Positions 10,355-22,329 of a stretch of 64,000 nucleotides of DNA are shown piece after piece. The translations under genes and the position numbers were made by a program. Position 1 is the stretch's first letter. Each line of letters opens with the position of its first letter. Under the pieces are notes generated by a model. That model was not told where the DNA came from. It saw only the letters and a list, made by a program, of their open reading frames with translations, and searched no databases. The DNA lies in the NCBI GenBank assembly GCA_963841565.1, contig CAWJCY010000013.1, forward strand, positions 1 through 64,000, read 5' to 3'. This DNA comes from an uncultured Nitrososphaerales archaeon. GTDB taxonomy: Archaea > Thermoproteota > Nitrososphaeria > Nitrososphaerales > Nitrososphaeraceae.

Positions 10355-10832
10355 GAACTAGGCCTTGAAACACCCTATTCGAATTTTTTCCTTTCAACAA
10401 GCCAAATTGATTTGGGGGAGTGCATCGATTCCAAAAATCTAGAATAGTTACGGAGAAACTAAGAAAAATATTATGCTCTCATAGTCCACCCCCATGAATT
10501 CAGGCGCTTCGCATCCCAAGTCGATTTTATAGATCTAAAAGTGGGTTTATTTAAAGTCAGTGTTGCTGGCAGTAAGCTTTACTATCAGAAGGAACTTTTT
10601 GCGTCATCATATAAATAACCCAATACTTTAATAGGACAATAAATAACAAGACTTTTTGAGAATCGATCTAGATAGGTCACCTAATATGCAGACATCTGTA
10701 CAATACGCATATTCTCACTGCTGAAATGGCTTAAATCTATATAGTTCAAAAATTAGCTATCCTAAAAATCTGTTAATTGAACCACACAATTATGAACAGT
10801 CTGAATTCAATGATGTGAGGAGCGTCACAAAA

Positions 10833-11264
10833 TTAGTTATCGTCAATACCCCAACTCCATTTTCTCCTAGGAATTATTTTTATTGAATACACGGTTTCAA
10901 AATCGCCATATTTTTTCAAGGAAGCTCCCTGTCGTTTGATGATCTCTGCATCACCATATATCTTAATTCCTCGTGACTGCCAAGGTTTGATACTTTTTAA
11001 ATCATCAATTACCAATGCTATTGATCTATTTCTAAGAACGTTCTTGTACTTGGTAGACCGGAGCATATCGAATCCTCCAATGTAAAAATATTCACCATCA
11101 AAGAAAAAACCCACAGGTACAACATCAGGTTGGACACTTTTCGAGGAATTATTATCTGATTCATTTACTAACCCTGCTTCGACTTCAGCCGCTGTCGCAA
11201 TCCGTGCGATACTTTGAGATTTGATGTACTCAACCTCTTTCCCCGAAAATATCGAATTAATCAT
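10833..11264 (-). CDS. PPOX-class (pyridoxamine 5'-phosphate oxidase-like) probable F420-dependent oxidoreductase
   Basis: ARIAT, QPDVVPVGF, KYKNV, ALVIDDL and RGIKIYG motifs. Confidence 0.85.
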   Translation of the reverse strand: MINSIFSGKEVEYIKSQSIARIATAAEVEAGLVNESDNNSSKSVQPDVVPVGFFFDGEYFYIGGFDMLRSTKYKNVLRNRSIALVIDDLKSIKPWQSRGIKIYGDAEIIKRQGASLKKYGDFETVYSIKIIPRRKWSWGIDDN

Positions 11265-11533
11265 TAGATTCCCCTCGCTGTTTAGATCTTTTTACGTGCA
11301 AGTTAATTAATTGTTGTTCATATGAAAAATCAGTTCAGTCCCCCGTCTTCTTTAGGCTCGCCAACACTTAGATCAGTCGCACTAATACTTGATCACTACT
11401 TTCTTCATGCAAAGTGGGTGTTAAACACATGCAAATTTACTACTTGATCCTCCCCTAATAGACAATTCACCACACGTCTCGTAATCTTTTTACCTATACT
11501 ACCAGACTTGCGCTATCTTGAATAATGCCTAAG

Positions 11534-11836
11534 TCATAGACGCCTATTTGGAACCAGCAAATGTCTTTTATTCATTTTCGAACTAGGTGAAGAAATCTGA
11601 ATTGGACCATCGACAAAGCTGGGTTGGATCTTTGTTTTGAACTTCATTAGACGGGGTTTAAGTCTCAACCTTTGTCTACAGCATGGACACCATAGTCCTG
11701 ACCAATTCACAAAAACCTCACAAATTTGGCACCGCTTCTGACCACTCACATACCTTCCTACACCATAACGCTTCTGAGCTCTGTACCTAGTGCACAGCCC
11801 TTTACATGCCATATCTATCCTAATTGTACCACTCAT
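11534..11836 (-). CDS. Small basic Cys-rich zinc-finger protein (probable start 11812)
   Basis: CKGLC...RY..GQKRCQIC...WCPCC...LRLKPR, a pattern I recognise from small thaumarchaeal proteins. Confidence 0.8.
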   Translation of the reverse strand: MSGTIRIDMACKGLCTRYRAQKRYGVGRYVSGQKRCQICEVFVNWSGLWCPCCRQRLRLKPRLMKFKTKIQPSFVDGPIQISSPSSKMNKRHLLVPNRRL

Positions 11837-12470
11837 TCATGACAAGGTATATGAAGGTTAAGATATATGATCCAATTCCGAAGTCAAATTTGGTCTTTTG
11901 ACCAAGATATTCCAAATCGTGCACTTATTCCATCAATCTGCACGAATCGAGATAACTTTGCTCCTGTCGTCAGTTTCGAGGCTAATTTCCTGAATATCAT
12001 TTCTGAAGAGTCTAGTTCAGACAAATATGAAATAGAGCTAGAGAGAGCGCAAGAACTTGACACAAGTTGTAATTCTACTTGCTTCTTCTCATCATGTATA
12101 ATTTCAATTGGAGAAGATGTAGTTACTTGATCTATTCATATAGGAGTATACAAATTATTAGGTCACGATAAGCACCTCAAACATGATTATGGCTTTTGTC
12201 AAAGAATCCAGTAAAATGTCTTCCAACTCTAATGTGCATGAATGTTCTGGGAAAGAATACTCTACTATGGGACTAATCCAGTTTTCAGATCTTGAATTCC
12301 ATTGAAATACTTGATAGACAAAGTAGCATCAAGTGGATTGGTAACGCTGAAGTCAAATACATTCTTCTCGGCAAATGGCCTCAAGAAGTATTAACACAGC
12401 TATTTTATCATGATAGTCGTAAGACCCAGATATCCATAATTAGGTTGGATGCATAACTTGTTGTGAATGA

Positions 12471-12683
12471 ATGAAGCCAGAGGGTAAGCTCGGAAATTTT
12501 TGGGAAGACTTTCTACAATCGGAGGCAAAAAGACACTTTGAAGAGTTATCGTCTATTTCGTACGAGTTGATTGCAGGTAGGACCAATTATTGTCCCAAAC
12601 ATGAAGAAATGTATCTGAAGCTTCTCAGGAGAGACATGATATGGCTAATGGGTGATATGATATGGTTCAAGGATAAACAGTAA
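12471..12683 (+). CDS. Hypothetical protein
   Basis: 70-aa ATG ORF with protein-like composition; no motif recognised. Confidence 0.35.
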   Translation: MKPEGKLGNFWEDFLQSEAKRHFEELSSISYELIAGRTNYCPKHEEMYLKLLRRDMIWLMGDMIWFKDKQ

Positions 12684-12908
12684 AATTCTAAAATAATCAA
12701 ATTTGTCTAATATTGAGTGGTTCATCAAATTACCTGCATGTATTTCAGAAGTCGCCGTATTTCTCGTAATATGGCCTAATTATCATTGGGTTAATTGAAA
12801 GCAGATATTGGGCATTGGAACTTAAGCTCATATTCAAGATTGTCAAATCTGATGGACCTGTCCCGACAGATTTGGGGATCCGATTGACTAGGAGCGGATC
12901 GAGATGTT

Positions 12909-13638
12909 CTAGTAACCCCAGCCTTCATCTGTTCTACTTGCTTCTCTTCTTTGCAACAATTCTCGATTCTTCATAATTTTGGTTAGTATTACGCCGGCCA
13001 AAAATCCTCCAATATGGGCAGTAAATGCAATGGGAATCAAAGTTACTGAACCTACGAACGCAAAAACTATCTGAATTAAAAGCCAGTAGTATGCTCTTCG
13101 GTTCCCAATTGCAGCTGCCAATACCCAAAACCCCAGAAATAGCACCTGATGCCCCTATCAACAATGTCTGACCGCTACCCAAAACATAGGAGGCTATTAC
13201 CCCATGGAACAAAGCTGCACATATGCCTGATAGAAAATAGATTACAAGATACCTACCTGTACCAATTGACTTCTCTGAGTAGCCTCCAATGTAAGCTAGG
13301 GCAGCTAGGTTGAAGACAATATGTGTAACGCTAGAATGGATAAACATAGAAGATACCAACCGTATTAGAGTAGAAGTTGCACCATTTTCAGGGCTTGTCG
13401 GATTTACTTGGAACGTGTTGGATTGGCGAGATGTATCTACGCTATTTCTAACAAAAACAGAATCCGGTACAAATCCGAAGTTTTTAATTATCCCGAGGTG
13501 ACTATCAGTGAGAAAACCGAATGCAAAAACCAAGAGATTTAAGGCAATTAATGAAATTGTAGCTACCGGGAGAGTTCTAAAGTTCACCATTAGCAGGAAG
13601 TGGAGTAAGGATTTGTAAAATTGTTTTATTACACACAT
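12909..13638 (-). pseudogene. Rhomboid-family intramembrane serine protease, split by a +1 frameshift near 13118 (probable start 13590)
   Basis: SMFIH..HIVFN and the catalytic GASGAISG lie in 12934-13638; the catalytic His (AHIGG) lies in the other frame (12909-13145). Removing one base of a GG restores GVLGIAAAIG. Confidence 0.88.
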
Positions 13639-14063
13639 ATATAGTTACCATGATTGCCTTTTTCAATGACAGAATCGTAGGCTTAGAAACAGTATGCAAT
13701 AGCCATCGCGTAATAGGCAGCAGATTCAATATTGGTTCCGGCTGGTCTAAAGTGAGTCATCACTTGCTGTAAGTTGGAAATCTGATTTAGATAACTGAAT
13801 AAATATGCCATTTTTGCATCACCTTTCGACCTTCTGCGAGGTGCAGCCTTTTGCAGAAAGAAACCTATGAAGGCCTGTAAAGGATACTTCATTCTTAACT
13901 GGATTCCAATGAAATTCCACATCAATGAGTACATTAGCATATTAAAATGTAAGCTAATGGTTGGTTGGTGGCAACATGGTTTCACAGAATTTCTTGTCAG
14001 TGGCCCACGGTGATTTTCTTTTTTAACATAATAATTTACTAGTTACTTTCAGAACATAATCAT

Positions 14064-14873
14064 ATGATAACGCTAAGGAAGCCAAAAACAGAATTCGCAG
14101 TCATAGATAATTTGAGGATTCGTTATCAAGATAGCGCTAAGGTCGGTGCTAAGGCATTGGTTTTTATTCATGGATTAGGAGGGTCGATCGAAAGCTGGGA
14201 AAATAATACGGCTCAGCTGTCCAAAAAGTATAGGACGATCGCTTTTGATCTCCCGGGATTTGGATTGAGTGACAAACCACATAGGAAATACACATTAGGA
14301 TTTTTTTCATCGTTCGTTTTACGCGCAGTTAGTAAACTAAACGTCGGACTTCCAATCAATTTCATAGGGTCATCACTCGGAGGCCAAATAGCCGCCAATA
14401 TTGCCACAACAAACCCTCATGTAGTGGGCAAACTTATACTCATAAGTCCTGCAGGCTTTACTCCCAGATCCTTTTCAACTTCTCCTGGTCTTCGAAAATT
14501 TGTCGGCATTATTGATGCTGTCTCTAGGGCAGAAATTAAAAATGCATTGTCAGCGATCACCTCAGCACGAGTCCAAGGCAAAGATGCCTTCATGGTCCAC
14601 GAAAGAATATCAATGCCAGGAGCCAAAGATGCATTTACTTCTGCCTTGAAATATAGTACTGCCGCTAATAGAATCGCTATCAACAAAATAAAATCGCACA
14701 CCCTTGTAATATGGGGAAAAGAGGATCGTGTTATCCCAGTCAAGTTCATACGTCCCTTTATAGAGAAGAAAAATTGCCGGTTGTACATATTAGAGAATTG
14801 TGGTCACAGACCGCATGCCGAAAAGCCCATACTAATCAACGAAATCATCAAAAGATTCATTGAGGATAATTAG
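14064..14873 (+). CDS. Alpha/beta-fold hydrolase
   Basis: FIHGLGG, DLPGFGLS, nucleophile elbow GSSLGG, WGKED and CGHRPH. Confidence 0.92.
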   Translation: MITLRKPKTEFAVIDNLRIRYQDSAKVGAKALVFIHGLGGSIESWENNTAQLSKKYRTIAFDLPGFGLSDKPHRKYTLGFFSSFVLRAVSKLNVGLPINFIGSSLGGQIAANIATTNPHVVGKLILISPAGFTPRSFSTSPGLRKFVGIIDAVSRAEIKNALSAITSARVQGKDAFMVHERISMPGAKDAFTSALKYSTAANRIAINKIKSHTLVIWGKEDRVIPVKFIRPFIEKKNCRLYILENCGHRPHAEKPILINEIIKRFIEDN

Positions 14874-15425
14874 GGAGACCCTATTTTTGAATAGAATCAA
14901 TGCTGCCCGCATCCGCAATAATCCTGTCGTGATGATTATTTGCTCGAATTGTAGCTGAATTAAATATTATTATTGATGGGAGCACGAGTTGTTGAAGAAA
15001 GAGGATTTTACAATTTAATTTAGTAGTGAGAGGGGGGAGTTCAAAACAGAATACGTAAAAGATGGAGTCTTCTTGAGAAAGAATGCGAGAAGATACGCGC
15101 TAGGATGATCTCTAAGTTAAGGGGCCAGGACTTCAATCGATAGTTCAATTTAGTGTTGCCGTATGGCTTGCGTCAGAGCAAGAAGTTCGTTCCAGAAAAG
15201 TCTGGCGATGAGTCTATTCAGAAGGTTTCCCAAGTGCGACAGTTCAGTGGTCGTCTCATATCGATACAAGATTTACATGAATGAATCCACTATTGTGAAT
15301 ATCTACCTTTAGGGCTCGAAGGGCTGGGGAGCACACTAACTTGAGTATTTAGTCTTTCCTCGTTATCCAAATTATTTGGGCATTAGTAGTAAGGAGCTTT
15401 ATATCATTGCATTCCGTTTATTTTT

Positions 15426-16028
15426 TTGGTATTGTCAAAGCTTAGTAAATCAAGATCCTGCATGGAGATCTTTATTCTATGCGTGTTAGTAGCATGTTCA
15501 ATATGGATATTCCCTGATTTTCATACATTTATACAAGGTACCGAGGAGCACGATCCGGCTGCAAGTTCAAATGGTCATTATGTAGATAGTTACAATGAAA
15601 CCAAAGAAAATGATGAAAAGGTACTTCCAATTTCCAGAGGTTACGTGCATGGGAAAGTTGCCTACTTTGTTGCGACAGACGCTTCAAACAATGATACTGC
15701 CAATTCAATTTTTGAAAACACTGGCTGGCGTGTAAATTTTGCTCCTATTCTAACACAATTACCTGAAAGCAAACTAAGCCAAGGTTTCGAATTTTTAAAT
15801 GGTGTGAGAGGCCAAGGTGCATTTGGATTTCAGCTTCCTGTTGCAAGCAGCATCCCTGGTGACGAGAATTATAACCCTCTGGTTCGTCTTAACCTTGTCA
15901 GGTGGAATGAAAATGCGACGATCAGTATTCTGAAATCTGTGCCAGAAATTATTTTGGCAAATCACAAAGGAGATCTCCAGATCATTCCTACCAACATTAC
16001 AATAAACAGCCCGGCTGTGATCTGGTAG
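15426..16028 (+). CDS. Conserved exported protein of unknown function
   Basis: Signal or anchor helix, then a globular domain with RGYVHGKVAYFVATDAS, NGVRGQGAFGFQ, YNPL and INSP. Confidence 0.75.
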   Translation: MVLSKLSKSRSCMEIFILCVLVACSIWIFPDFHTFIQGTEEHDPAASSNGHYVDSYNETKENDEKVLPISRGYVHGKVAYFVATDASNNDTANSIFENTGWRVNFAPILTQLPESKLSQGFEFLNGVRGQGAFGFQLPVASSIPGDENYNPLVRLNLVRWNENATISILKSVPEIILANHKGDLQIIPTNITINSPAVIW

Positions 16029-16398
16029 CGTTTTAGGTAAGATTGACTTATTGGATTTACTTATTTCTATTTTCTGAGGTTTGACTATCTGGAAGTAGTC
16101 CTAGATCGACCAACAAGAGGTATAGGAGCAATTCAAATATTCGGACACGTCGGTAGAACCTTGAATATCAAAAATTGAGTGTATGTTCCTGTTATAAGGA
16201 TCAGTCAGGATGGTATGTGCGACTCGCCAATTATCGCTACACAGACAGACTTACGTACTATTCAATCTTGATATTGAATCCAAATGGTGCTTTTTATAAC
16301 AGCAGTTGTAAGTCAAGAAGGTAATGCACATGATTCTAAACACCGCAATTCCTATACAAAAAAATATGAAGAGGACGTACTGTAATATCAGTTGAAAA

Positions 16399-17385
16399 TT
16401 GAATATAGTGGGACTTTTGCAAGGTAATACATTTAGACAATCATTATCTGAGAAGTTAAGGGAATATGATCTCGAGGTTACCTACGTTGATGTTGATAAG
16501 CCCTTAATACCACAACTAGCCTCTGCTCACATTGTCGTAAATGGCTTCCATACGATGGACAGTTCAGTAATTGAAGGTTGTCCTGACCTTAGGCTTATAC
16601 AGCAATCAGGGATTGGAGTTGACAATATCGACATAAAATATTGCACATTGAAGGGGATCTATGTAGCAAATGTTCCGCTTGCTAATGCAATCTCTGTTGC
16701 AGAACATACTCTTTTTCTGATCTTCCTATTGTCAAAGAACGTGTCCATCGGGACCAGACACTCATTTCCGTCAATAAGCCCGTTGCATACGAGATCGAAA
16801 ACTACTGCGGGCATGGAGTTACATGGAAAGACTTTGGCAATTATTGGTTTAGGTGTAACTGGCATAGAGGTTGCAAAAATCGCGCGAGGGTTAGGCATGA
16901 GAGTGGAAGCCGTGACCAAACACCCATCTACAAAAAGTCAGGGGTATGACAAGAAATACTTTGTTGACGACTTGGCTGGCATAGACCGTCTCCAGGAAGT
17001 CTTGGCCAGAGCAGATATAGTTTCAATTCATACCCCACTAACAGAAGAGACTAGAGATATGTTTGGGGAGAAGGAATTTAGTGTAATGAAAAAATCGGCC
17101 TACTTGATAAATGTTGCGCGGGCAAAGATAGTAAACAAGGATGCACTCTTCAGTGCCTTGGGTGCTCAAAGAATTGCAGGGGCAGCATTTGATGTGTATT
17201 GGAATGAACCTCCTGATACCGAAGACCAGCTCCTTACGCTTGAAAATTTCATACTTACCCCACATATTGCAGGCTGGACTGCTGAAGCAATTGAGACCAT
17301 TACTAGGATAATTTCGATAAATATCGAGCGGATGTCGCGCGGAGAAGCACCTCTCACAGTCGTCAACAAGGAATTATTAATGTGA
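16399..17385 (+). CDS. D-isomer-specific 2-hydroxyacid dehydrogenase (SerA/glyoxylate reductase family)
   Basis: GIGVDNID, NAISVAEH, IIGLGVTG, HTPLTEET, LINVAR, AAFDVYWNEP and LTPHIAG. Confidence 0.93.
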   Translation: MNIVGLLQGNTFRQSLSEKLREYDLEVTYVDVDKPLIPQLASAHIVVNGFHTMDSSVIEGCPDLRLIQQSGIGVDNIDIKYCTLKGIYVANVPLANAISVAEHTLFLIFLLSKNVSIGTRHSFPSISPLHTRSKTTAGMELHGKTLAIIGLGVTGIEVAKIARGLGMRVEAVTKHPSTKSQGYDKKYFVDDLAGIDRLQEVLARADIVSIHTPLTEETRDMFGEKEFSVMKKSAYLINVARAKIVNKDALFSALGAQRIAGAAFDVYWNEPPDTEDQLLTLENFILTPHIAGWTAEAIETITRIISINIERMSRGEAPLTVVNKELLM

Positions 17386-17794
17386 ACAGCCACCGCTAAT
17401 ATCCTTTTTTAGCGCAATTGGTATATGCCTATCTGAAATGACTCGATCATCAACACAATCCTAGAAGAGTGTTTGAACTATCAAAGTGCAGTTAGCCGTT
17501 ACCACAGACTGGTTATGATATTCTGATACAACATCGTTAGCCACCATCACACAATGTTCTGGAAAGGGGAAGAACGGATATCATTATTATGTCTCCACAT
17601 TATTATGCGAGTTAAATAATTTATGCTGGCTAGTTTTTTGCCAGCGCCTTATCTGCAGATTGAACGAGTTAGTATCAGGCATCTCATTTGTACGATCAGC
17701 ATTGATGATACCCTTAGAAAGAAATGCTTGACAAATACTTTTCCAGCATCGGTCCTAAAAACAGTACCTGATTTTCAGATTACCATCGATTTCC

Positions 17795-19042
17795 TTACAA
17801 ATTATCTACCGGAAGGTTCCTCTCTTTGAGTACTTCCTTTAACAATTCAAGGTCGTAGATATTCGTCAAATCTGGTTTACTTCCTCTTCCTATCAGATTT
17901 AGGTTATAGGCATCGTCTGCCATCTTAAAAAGTGATTGTTCAATTGGATCATAAGTAAATTCGAGCCTTTGCAGTGCATCCCTCAATTCATCTTCAGGTA
18001 CTGTATTGCCAGTTATACGCTGGAGGCCATTATTAAATGCGTGTATGAACGCCTCGACACCTTCTTGACCAAAATCATCATTTGTTCCGTTCTCAATCTT
18101 CCCTGAAGTTCCATTGGCATTACCGTTCCTTGAATCCTTTAGAGTATCATTTATCCATATTGTCTCATCGATCTGGGCATTAATCAGCTTTCTTATTATC
18201 TCCGGATTATTTTTCAAATAGTCAGTTCTAACAATGATGTTCGTGGTTACGAATTTACCATCTGGCGGCCACAGATCCCTCTCATCTACAAATATCCTAC
18301 CGTTAGATTCTTTGACAAGACGAGCTCCCCATGGTTCAGGAACCCATGCACCATCGATCTCTTTCTTGAGCATCAAGGTAAGGATGTCTGATGGTTTTAC
18401 TGGAACCACAGTTACATTGCCACCATTCTCCACCGTATCATATCCGTTTTGAATTAGATATTTTCTTAAAGCTACATCCTGAGTATTCCCCAGTTGGGGA
18501 GAAGCAAATTTTTTTCCACCAAAGTCGGTTGTAGATAAGATGCCCGAATCGTTTCTCACGACAAATACGGCTCCTCCGCTTGCAGATCCGGAAATTATTC
18601 TAATTCCCTCACCATTTGATGCCAGATATCCATTTATTGCAGGATTGGGTCCAACGTATGCCACATCAATCTGACCTGCGTATAATGCTTCAATAACTGA
18701 AGGACCAGCACTAAACACGTATTCCTTTATACTGGCTCCCTCATCTCCTACCTTACCGCTGTTAGTATTGTTTTCTGATAATGCTTTTTGGAAGTGTCCG
18801 TTTGCTAATCCAATAATTACTTGGGCGTGATTTAAATTGGGAAAATAACCCAATCGCAATACATTTGAACGAGAATCTGAATCCTGTACACCTGCATTCC
18901 GGATGCTCCCATTATCATCGCTTTGAGCGCCACCGGTCAATGAGCTTGTCATGCTCAAAAAGAGATCCGAATTGAATTGAGAGCTAAAGGCAACCACAAA
19001 AATAATTGCCCCTGACAGTAAGAATTTAGTCCTTACCTTCAT
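17795..19042 (-). CDS. ABC transporter solute-binding protein, SsuA/TauA (sulfonate/nitrate) family
   Basis: LRLGYFPNLNHA, AGPSVIEALYAGQIDVAYVGPNP, SPQLGNTQDVALR and AWVPEPWG. Confidence 0.9.
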   Translation of the reverse strand: MKVRTKFLLSGAIIFVVAFSSQFNSDLFLSMTSSLTGGAQSDDNGSIRNAGVQDSDSRSNVLRLGYFPNLNHAQVIIGLANGHFQKALSENNTNSGKVGDEGASIKEYVFSAGPSVIEALYAGQIDVAYVGPNPAINGYLASNGEGIRIISGSASGGAVFVVRNDSGILSTTDFGGKKFASPQLGNTQDVALRKYLIQNGYDTVENGGNVTVVPVKPSDILTLMLKKEIDGAWVPEPWGARLVKESNGRIFVDERDLWPPDGKFVTTNIIVRTDYLKNNPEIIRKLINAQIDETIWINDTLKDSRNGNANGTSGKIENGTNDDFGQEGVEAFIHAFNNGLQRITGNTVPEDELRDALQRLEFTYDPIEQSLFKMADDAYNLNLIGRGSKPDLTNIYDLELLKEVLKERNLPVDNL

Positions 19043-19683
19043 ACTTTCCTCTCAATTCCTCCTCGGGATATTTCGTCTCTCCAATATTAGTGGTGCATTG
19101 AAATTAGCTCCATCAAGCAATATTATCTATTTGAATGTCCAGTACAATCAAAATATGTGCTTTAAAATCCTCTTTCATATGTTGGATCATGTCCAGAGTC
19201 CTTGAAATATCTTTGGACGGAATTAGTATTGAGCACAAATATAGTTACTTTTAATGACAAGACAACTCTGTTATTATTCTGACTCACGTAGGATATTTTT
19301 ATCTATTCAAAGGAACACGGCAGATGAGTATAATTGAGCAATGTATATGCAATGGGTTCATCAAACATTTCAATTTGTCACATTTGAAGTCAATTATATA
19401 TATCGGATTTAGACTTGTCTTTAAGAAATGTCATATCCAGTTAAGACCGAATTTTTTCATACTGCTGATTCGGACCCTTTAATCATTTACAATCCAGCAA
19501 AATGCGCCTTGAAGGCAAATGATTTTCCTAGTTTAATCCTTTATGCTCTGATCACCAGAGGCCTATTGGAATGCATGATTCTTGAAATAAGGGAACTTTG
19601 TTTAAAAGAAGGTCCAATATATAGAATTTAATCTACCAAACAAGATGAAGTAGCGTGATTCTAGTGGAAAAGGCGAATCAATC

Positions 19684-20511
19684 CTGACTTTTACTTCAAC
19701 TACATTATCAAATAAGCAAAAAAGAAAGGTCAGAATAGATATTGAGGATCTTGCTAATGTAACCCTATTCATTGCAGCTTTCCTAGGAATATGGCAATTA
19801 GTGTTCATGTTGGGGATATGGCCTGAAGTGTCATTGCCATCTCCAGCTATGGTTGCAGGATCCTTTGTTGACTTGGTGAAGAATCTGACATTGATCGTAG
19901 GCATTGCAGTAACCATGTACCGCCTTGTTATTGGTTTTACCTTGTCGATCATTATCGGGGTTTCAGTTGGTTTGGCCATGGTAAAATTCCCTGGCTTTGG
20001 CAAAACTATGAGCTCTTTTGCTGTTGGTTTACAATCATTTCCTAGCGTGGCGTGGGTACCATTTGCTATACTACTTATAGGACTCAACGATGCAGGAATA
20101 CTCTTCGTCGTGATTATGAGTTCTGTCTTCTCTGTCATGATGTCCACCTATGGAGGTATAAGAAACATATCGCCGATCTATATCCGTGCTGCAAAAAATA
20201 TGGGCGCCAAAGGTTTCTCTTTATTCAGGTACGTCATGATTCCTGCAGCTACACCGTCGCTGATCGTTGGAATAAAACAAGCATGGTCGTTTGCATGGCA
20301 TGCGCTTATAGGTGCAGAAATATTGATCGCTGCTGCGGTTGGGTTAGGTCATATTTTACTGGTGGGTAGAGAGTTCCAACTCATGGATCAAATAATTGCG
20401 TCCATGATCACCATATTCGCTATCGGACTAATTTTTGACCGCGTTCTTTTTTCGAAATTAGAGGATACGGTAAGAGAAAGGTGGGGGTTGAATCAAGAGG
20501 GAGGTAACTAA
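19684..20511 (+). CDS. ABC transporter permease, SsuC/TauC family (start upstream of the ORF-track call)
   Basis: LPSP, QSFPSVAWVP, EAA-like loop IRAAKNMGA and AWHALIGAE. The frame is open upstream of 19801 and encodes the first transmembrane helix; CTG at 19684 is a candidate start. Confidence 0.88.
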   Translation: MTFTSTTLSNKQKRKVRIDIEDLANVTLFIAAFLGIWQLVFMLGIWPEVSLPSPAMVAGSFVDLVKNLTLIVGIAVTMYRLVIGFTLSIIIGVSVGLAMVKFPGFGKTMSSFAVGLQSFPSVAWVPFAILLIGLNDAGILFVVIMSSVFSVMMSTYGGIRNISPIYIRAAKNMGAKGFSLFRYVMIPAATPSLIVGIKQAWSFAWHALIGAEILIAAAVGLGHILLVGREFQLMDQIIASMITIFAIGLIFDRVLFSKLEDTVRERWGLNQEGGN

Positions 20512-21060
20512 TATGAATGTATTTTCCACAACAAATTGCTAGCCACTATATCCTGATGAATCTCTTAGAACCCAAAGACATAGTCCACTCATGAAGGGGA
20601 CAGCTGACAATATTTTTGTTCTCATATTTCCCATCCATTTTGTATTAACACGAGGACCATCTTTCTGCAAACAGGAGTTTCCAAGTACAGTTAATCTTTC
20701 ACCTCAGCGTTAGATAAAGATAGGTCTCCTATTCGTATTCACTAACCTTTGAATTTGGATTTATTTAACAAGTTTAGTTTCGCACAAAGTTTTTAGATTA
20801 ATAGTCAACCTTATGAGTGCCAAACAACATGGAGAGGATTTGGCTTGCAGTTAGCATATTGAACTATTCAATGAGTCTAGATTTAGATCTAACGCGATTT
20901 GTGTTGGTCAGCTTAACAAAGGCTTGTACGGGCTTCGTTCCCACATAAAACAAAAAAAAATCAATGCAACACACTATAAGCCAGAACTCACGGCTACTAA
21001 AACATTTGAAGATAGTAATGCTCATTTAAGCTATTTCTTGTTATTTTATCGCCCAACTTC

Positions 21061-22329
21061 TCATAATCCATCAATTTTTCTTGCTCTAACGCGATCTATT
21101 TTTTCCATAGCCATTTTTTCTCCGTGAGAAATCAACCTCTTTACTGTTTCAGGAGAAAAATCTGCATTCTTTAATATAGTGGGAGATTCCATTTCACTTC
21201 TAATTATCCTTGTAACTGATAATATTTTTGCACCGTAGTTTTGGATTAAAGCCTTATATTCTGAATTTATCTCCTTGACTTCAGTCGGATCAATTTTAGA
21301 TTTATCCAAATTTTTGTCAAATAGATAGTACAATCGTTCAATTAACTGAATATGTCGCGTAATTAATTTTGACATCCTGATATTGTGCATATCCTTGTCG
21401 CTAAATAGGATGTCCTTTACACGATTCGTAACTTCAGATAAATTAGTAGGCAATCTGTCGATCTTCTGAGGATAATTTTCAACTATTAGAACATTCTTGT
21501 TAGTTTTTGGAGAGACAAATAGTACTTCCCGTATTGGAGTATTACTTAGCAAGCTACCATCCCAGGCATATACATCCTGACCGGCATTGCGCAACTTAAT
21601 CCATGGGAAACCATAAATTGGATAACCTGAGCTTGCAAGGATATGCCTTGCCTCTATCCTTGTCTTCGTGTTGTCAAAAATAAGTGGCTTACCGGTCAAC
21701 ACATCTACCGCTGTAATAATTAATCGAAGAACGGAAGGCAAGGTTTCTTCGTCGGCAGCTAGATTGAGTTTATTATAATCAATGTATTTGTCAAGTGTAT
21801 TGGCAAGCGGAGTATGATCATATAAATACGTCCAATTTATCGGATTAAGCCAATCGACATTGAATCGACCAGTTGGCTTGTCTATTCCGTCCATTGGATC
21901 ATTAGTACCGTTTAAAGATAAAACCGATGGATAAGCCGGTGATGACCAAGCCCATGACCATCTTGGAACAAACATTTTAGGAACACCAAAGAACGCTGCA
22001 TTTGTAGCGGCCGAAGATATTCTCTTTGTCCGGTAAGTATGGGTATTTTCATCGTAATCAACCGTGAACAAATCAGGAATAATTGTAGGCGAGCTTTCTG
22101 CAATCTCCAACCAAAACTCTTCGAGATCTTTTTCAGGATCTCCTCGTCTGCTGCCCACAATAATTGCAGCATTAACTGCTCCGACCGAAGTTCCAGCTAC
22201 TATGTCGATTTGGACGTTTCTCTTTGCTAAGCCCTTATATACTCCACAAGCGAAAGCTCCCAGAGACCCTCCCCCTTGCATTATTAGTACATTTTCGACA
22301 GCCTTATCTTTTGCAGATGAACCAGACAA
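21061..22329 (-). CDS. Patatin-like phospholipase
   Basis: QGGGSLGA oxyanion motif, GTSVG nucleophile and WDGS catalytic Asp. Confidence 0.92.
   Translation of the reverse strand: MSGSSAKDKAVENVLIMQGGGSLGAFACGVYKGLAKRNVQIDIVAGTSVGAVNAAIIVGSRRGDPEKDLEEFWLEIAESSPTIIPDLFTVDYDENTHTYRTKRISSAATNAAFFGVPKMFVPRWSWAWSSPAYPSVLSLNGTNDPMDGIDKPTGRFNVDWLNPINWTYLYDHTPLANTLDKYIDYNKLNLAADEETLPSVLRLIITAVDVLTGKPLIFDNTKTRIEARHILASSGYPIYGFPWIKLRNAGQDVYAWDGSLLSNTPIREVLFVSPKTNKNVLIVENYPQKIDRLPTNLSEVTNRVKDILFSDKDMHNIRMSKLITRHIQLIERLYYLFDKNLDKSKIDPTEVKEINSEYKALIQNYGAKILSVTRIIRSEMESPTILKNADFSPETVKRLISHGEKMAMEKIDRVRARKIDGL

Noticed and set aside
11860-12420. Open stretches on both strands, including ORF 11867-12130
   Set aside because: No start context or recognisable motif; this may be a decayed gene but I cannot support it.
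14965-15143. Possible small gene (EHELLKK...RWSLLEKECEKIR) across a G6 run
   Set aside because: It needs two assumed frameshifts and matches no recognisable family.
19602-20147. 181-aa minus-strand ORF
   Set aside because: It is antisense to the well-supported ABC permease.
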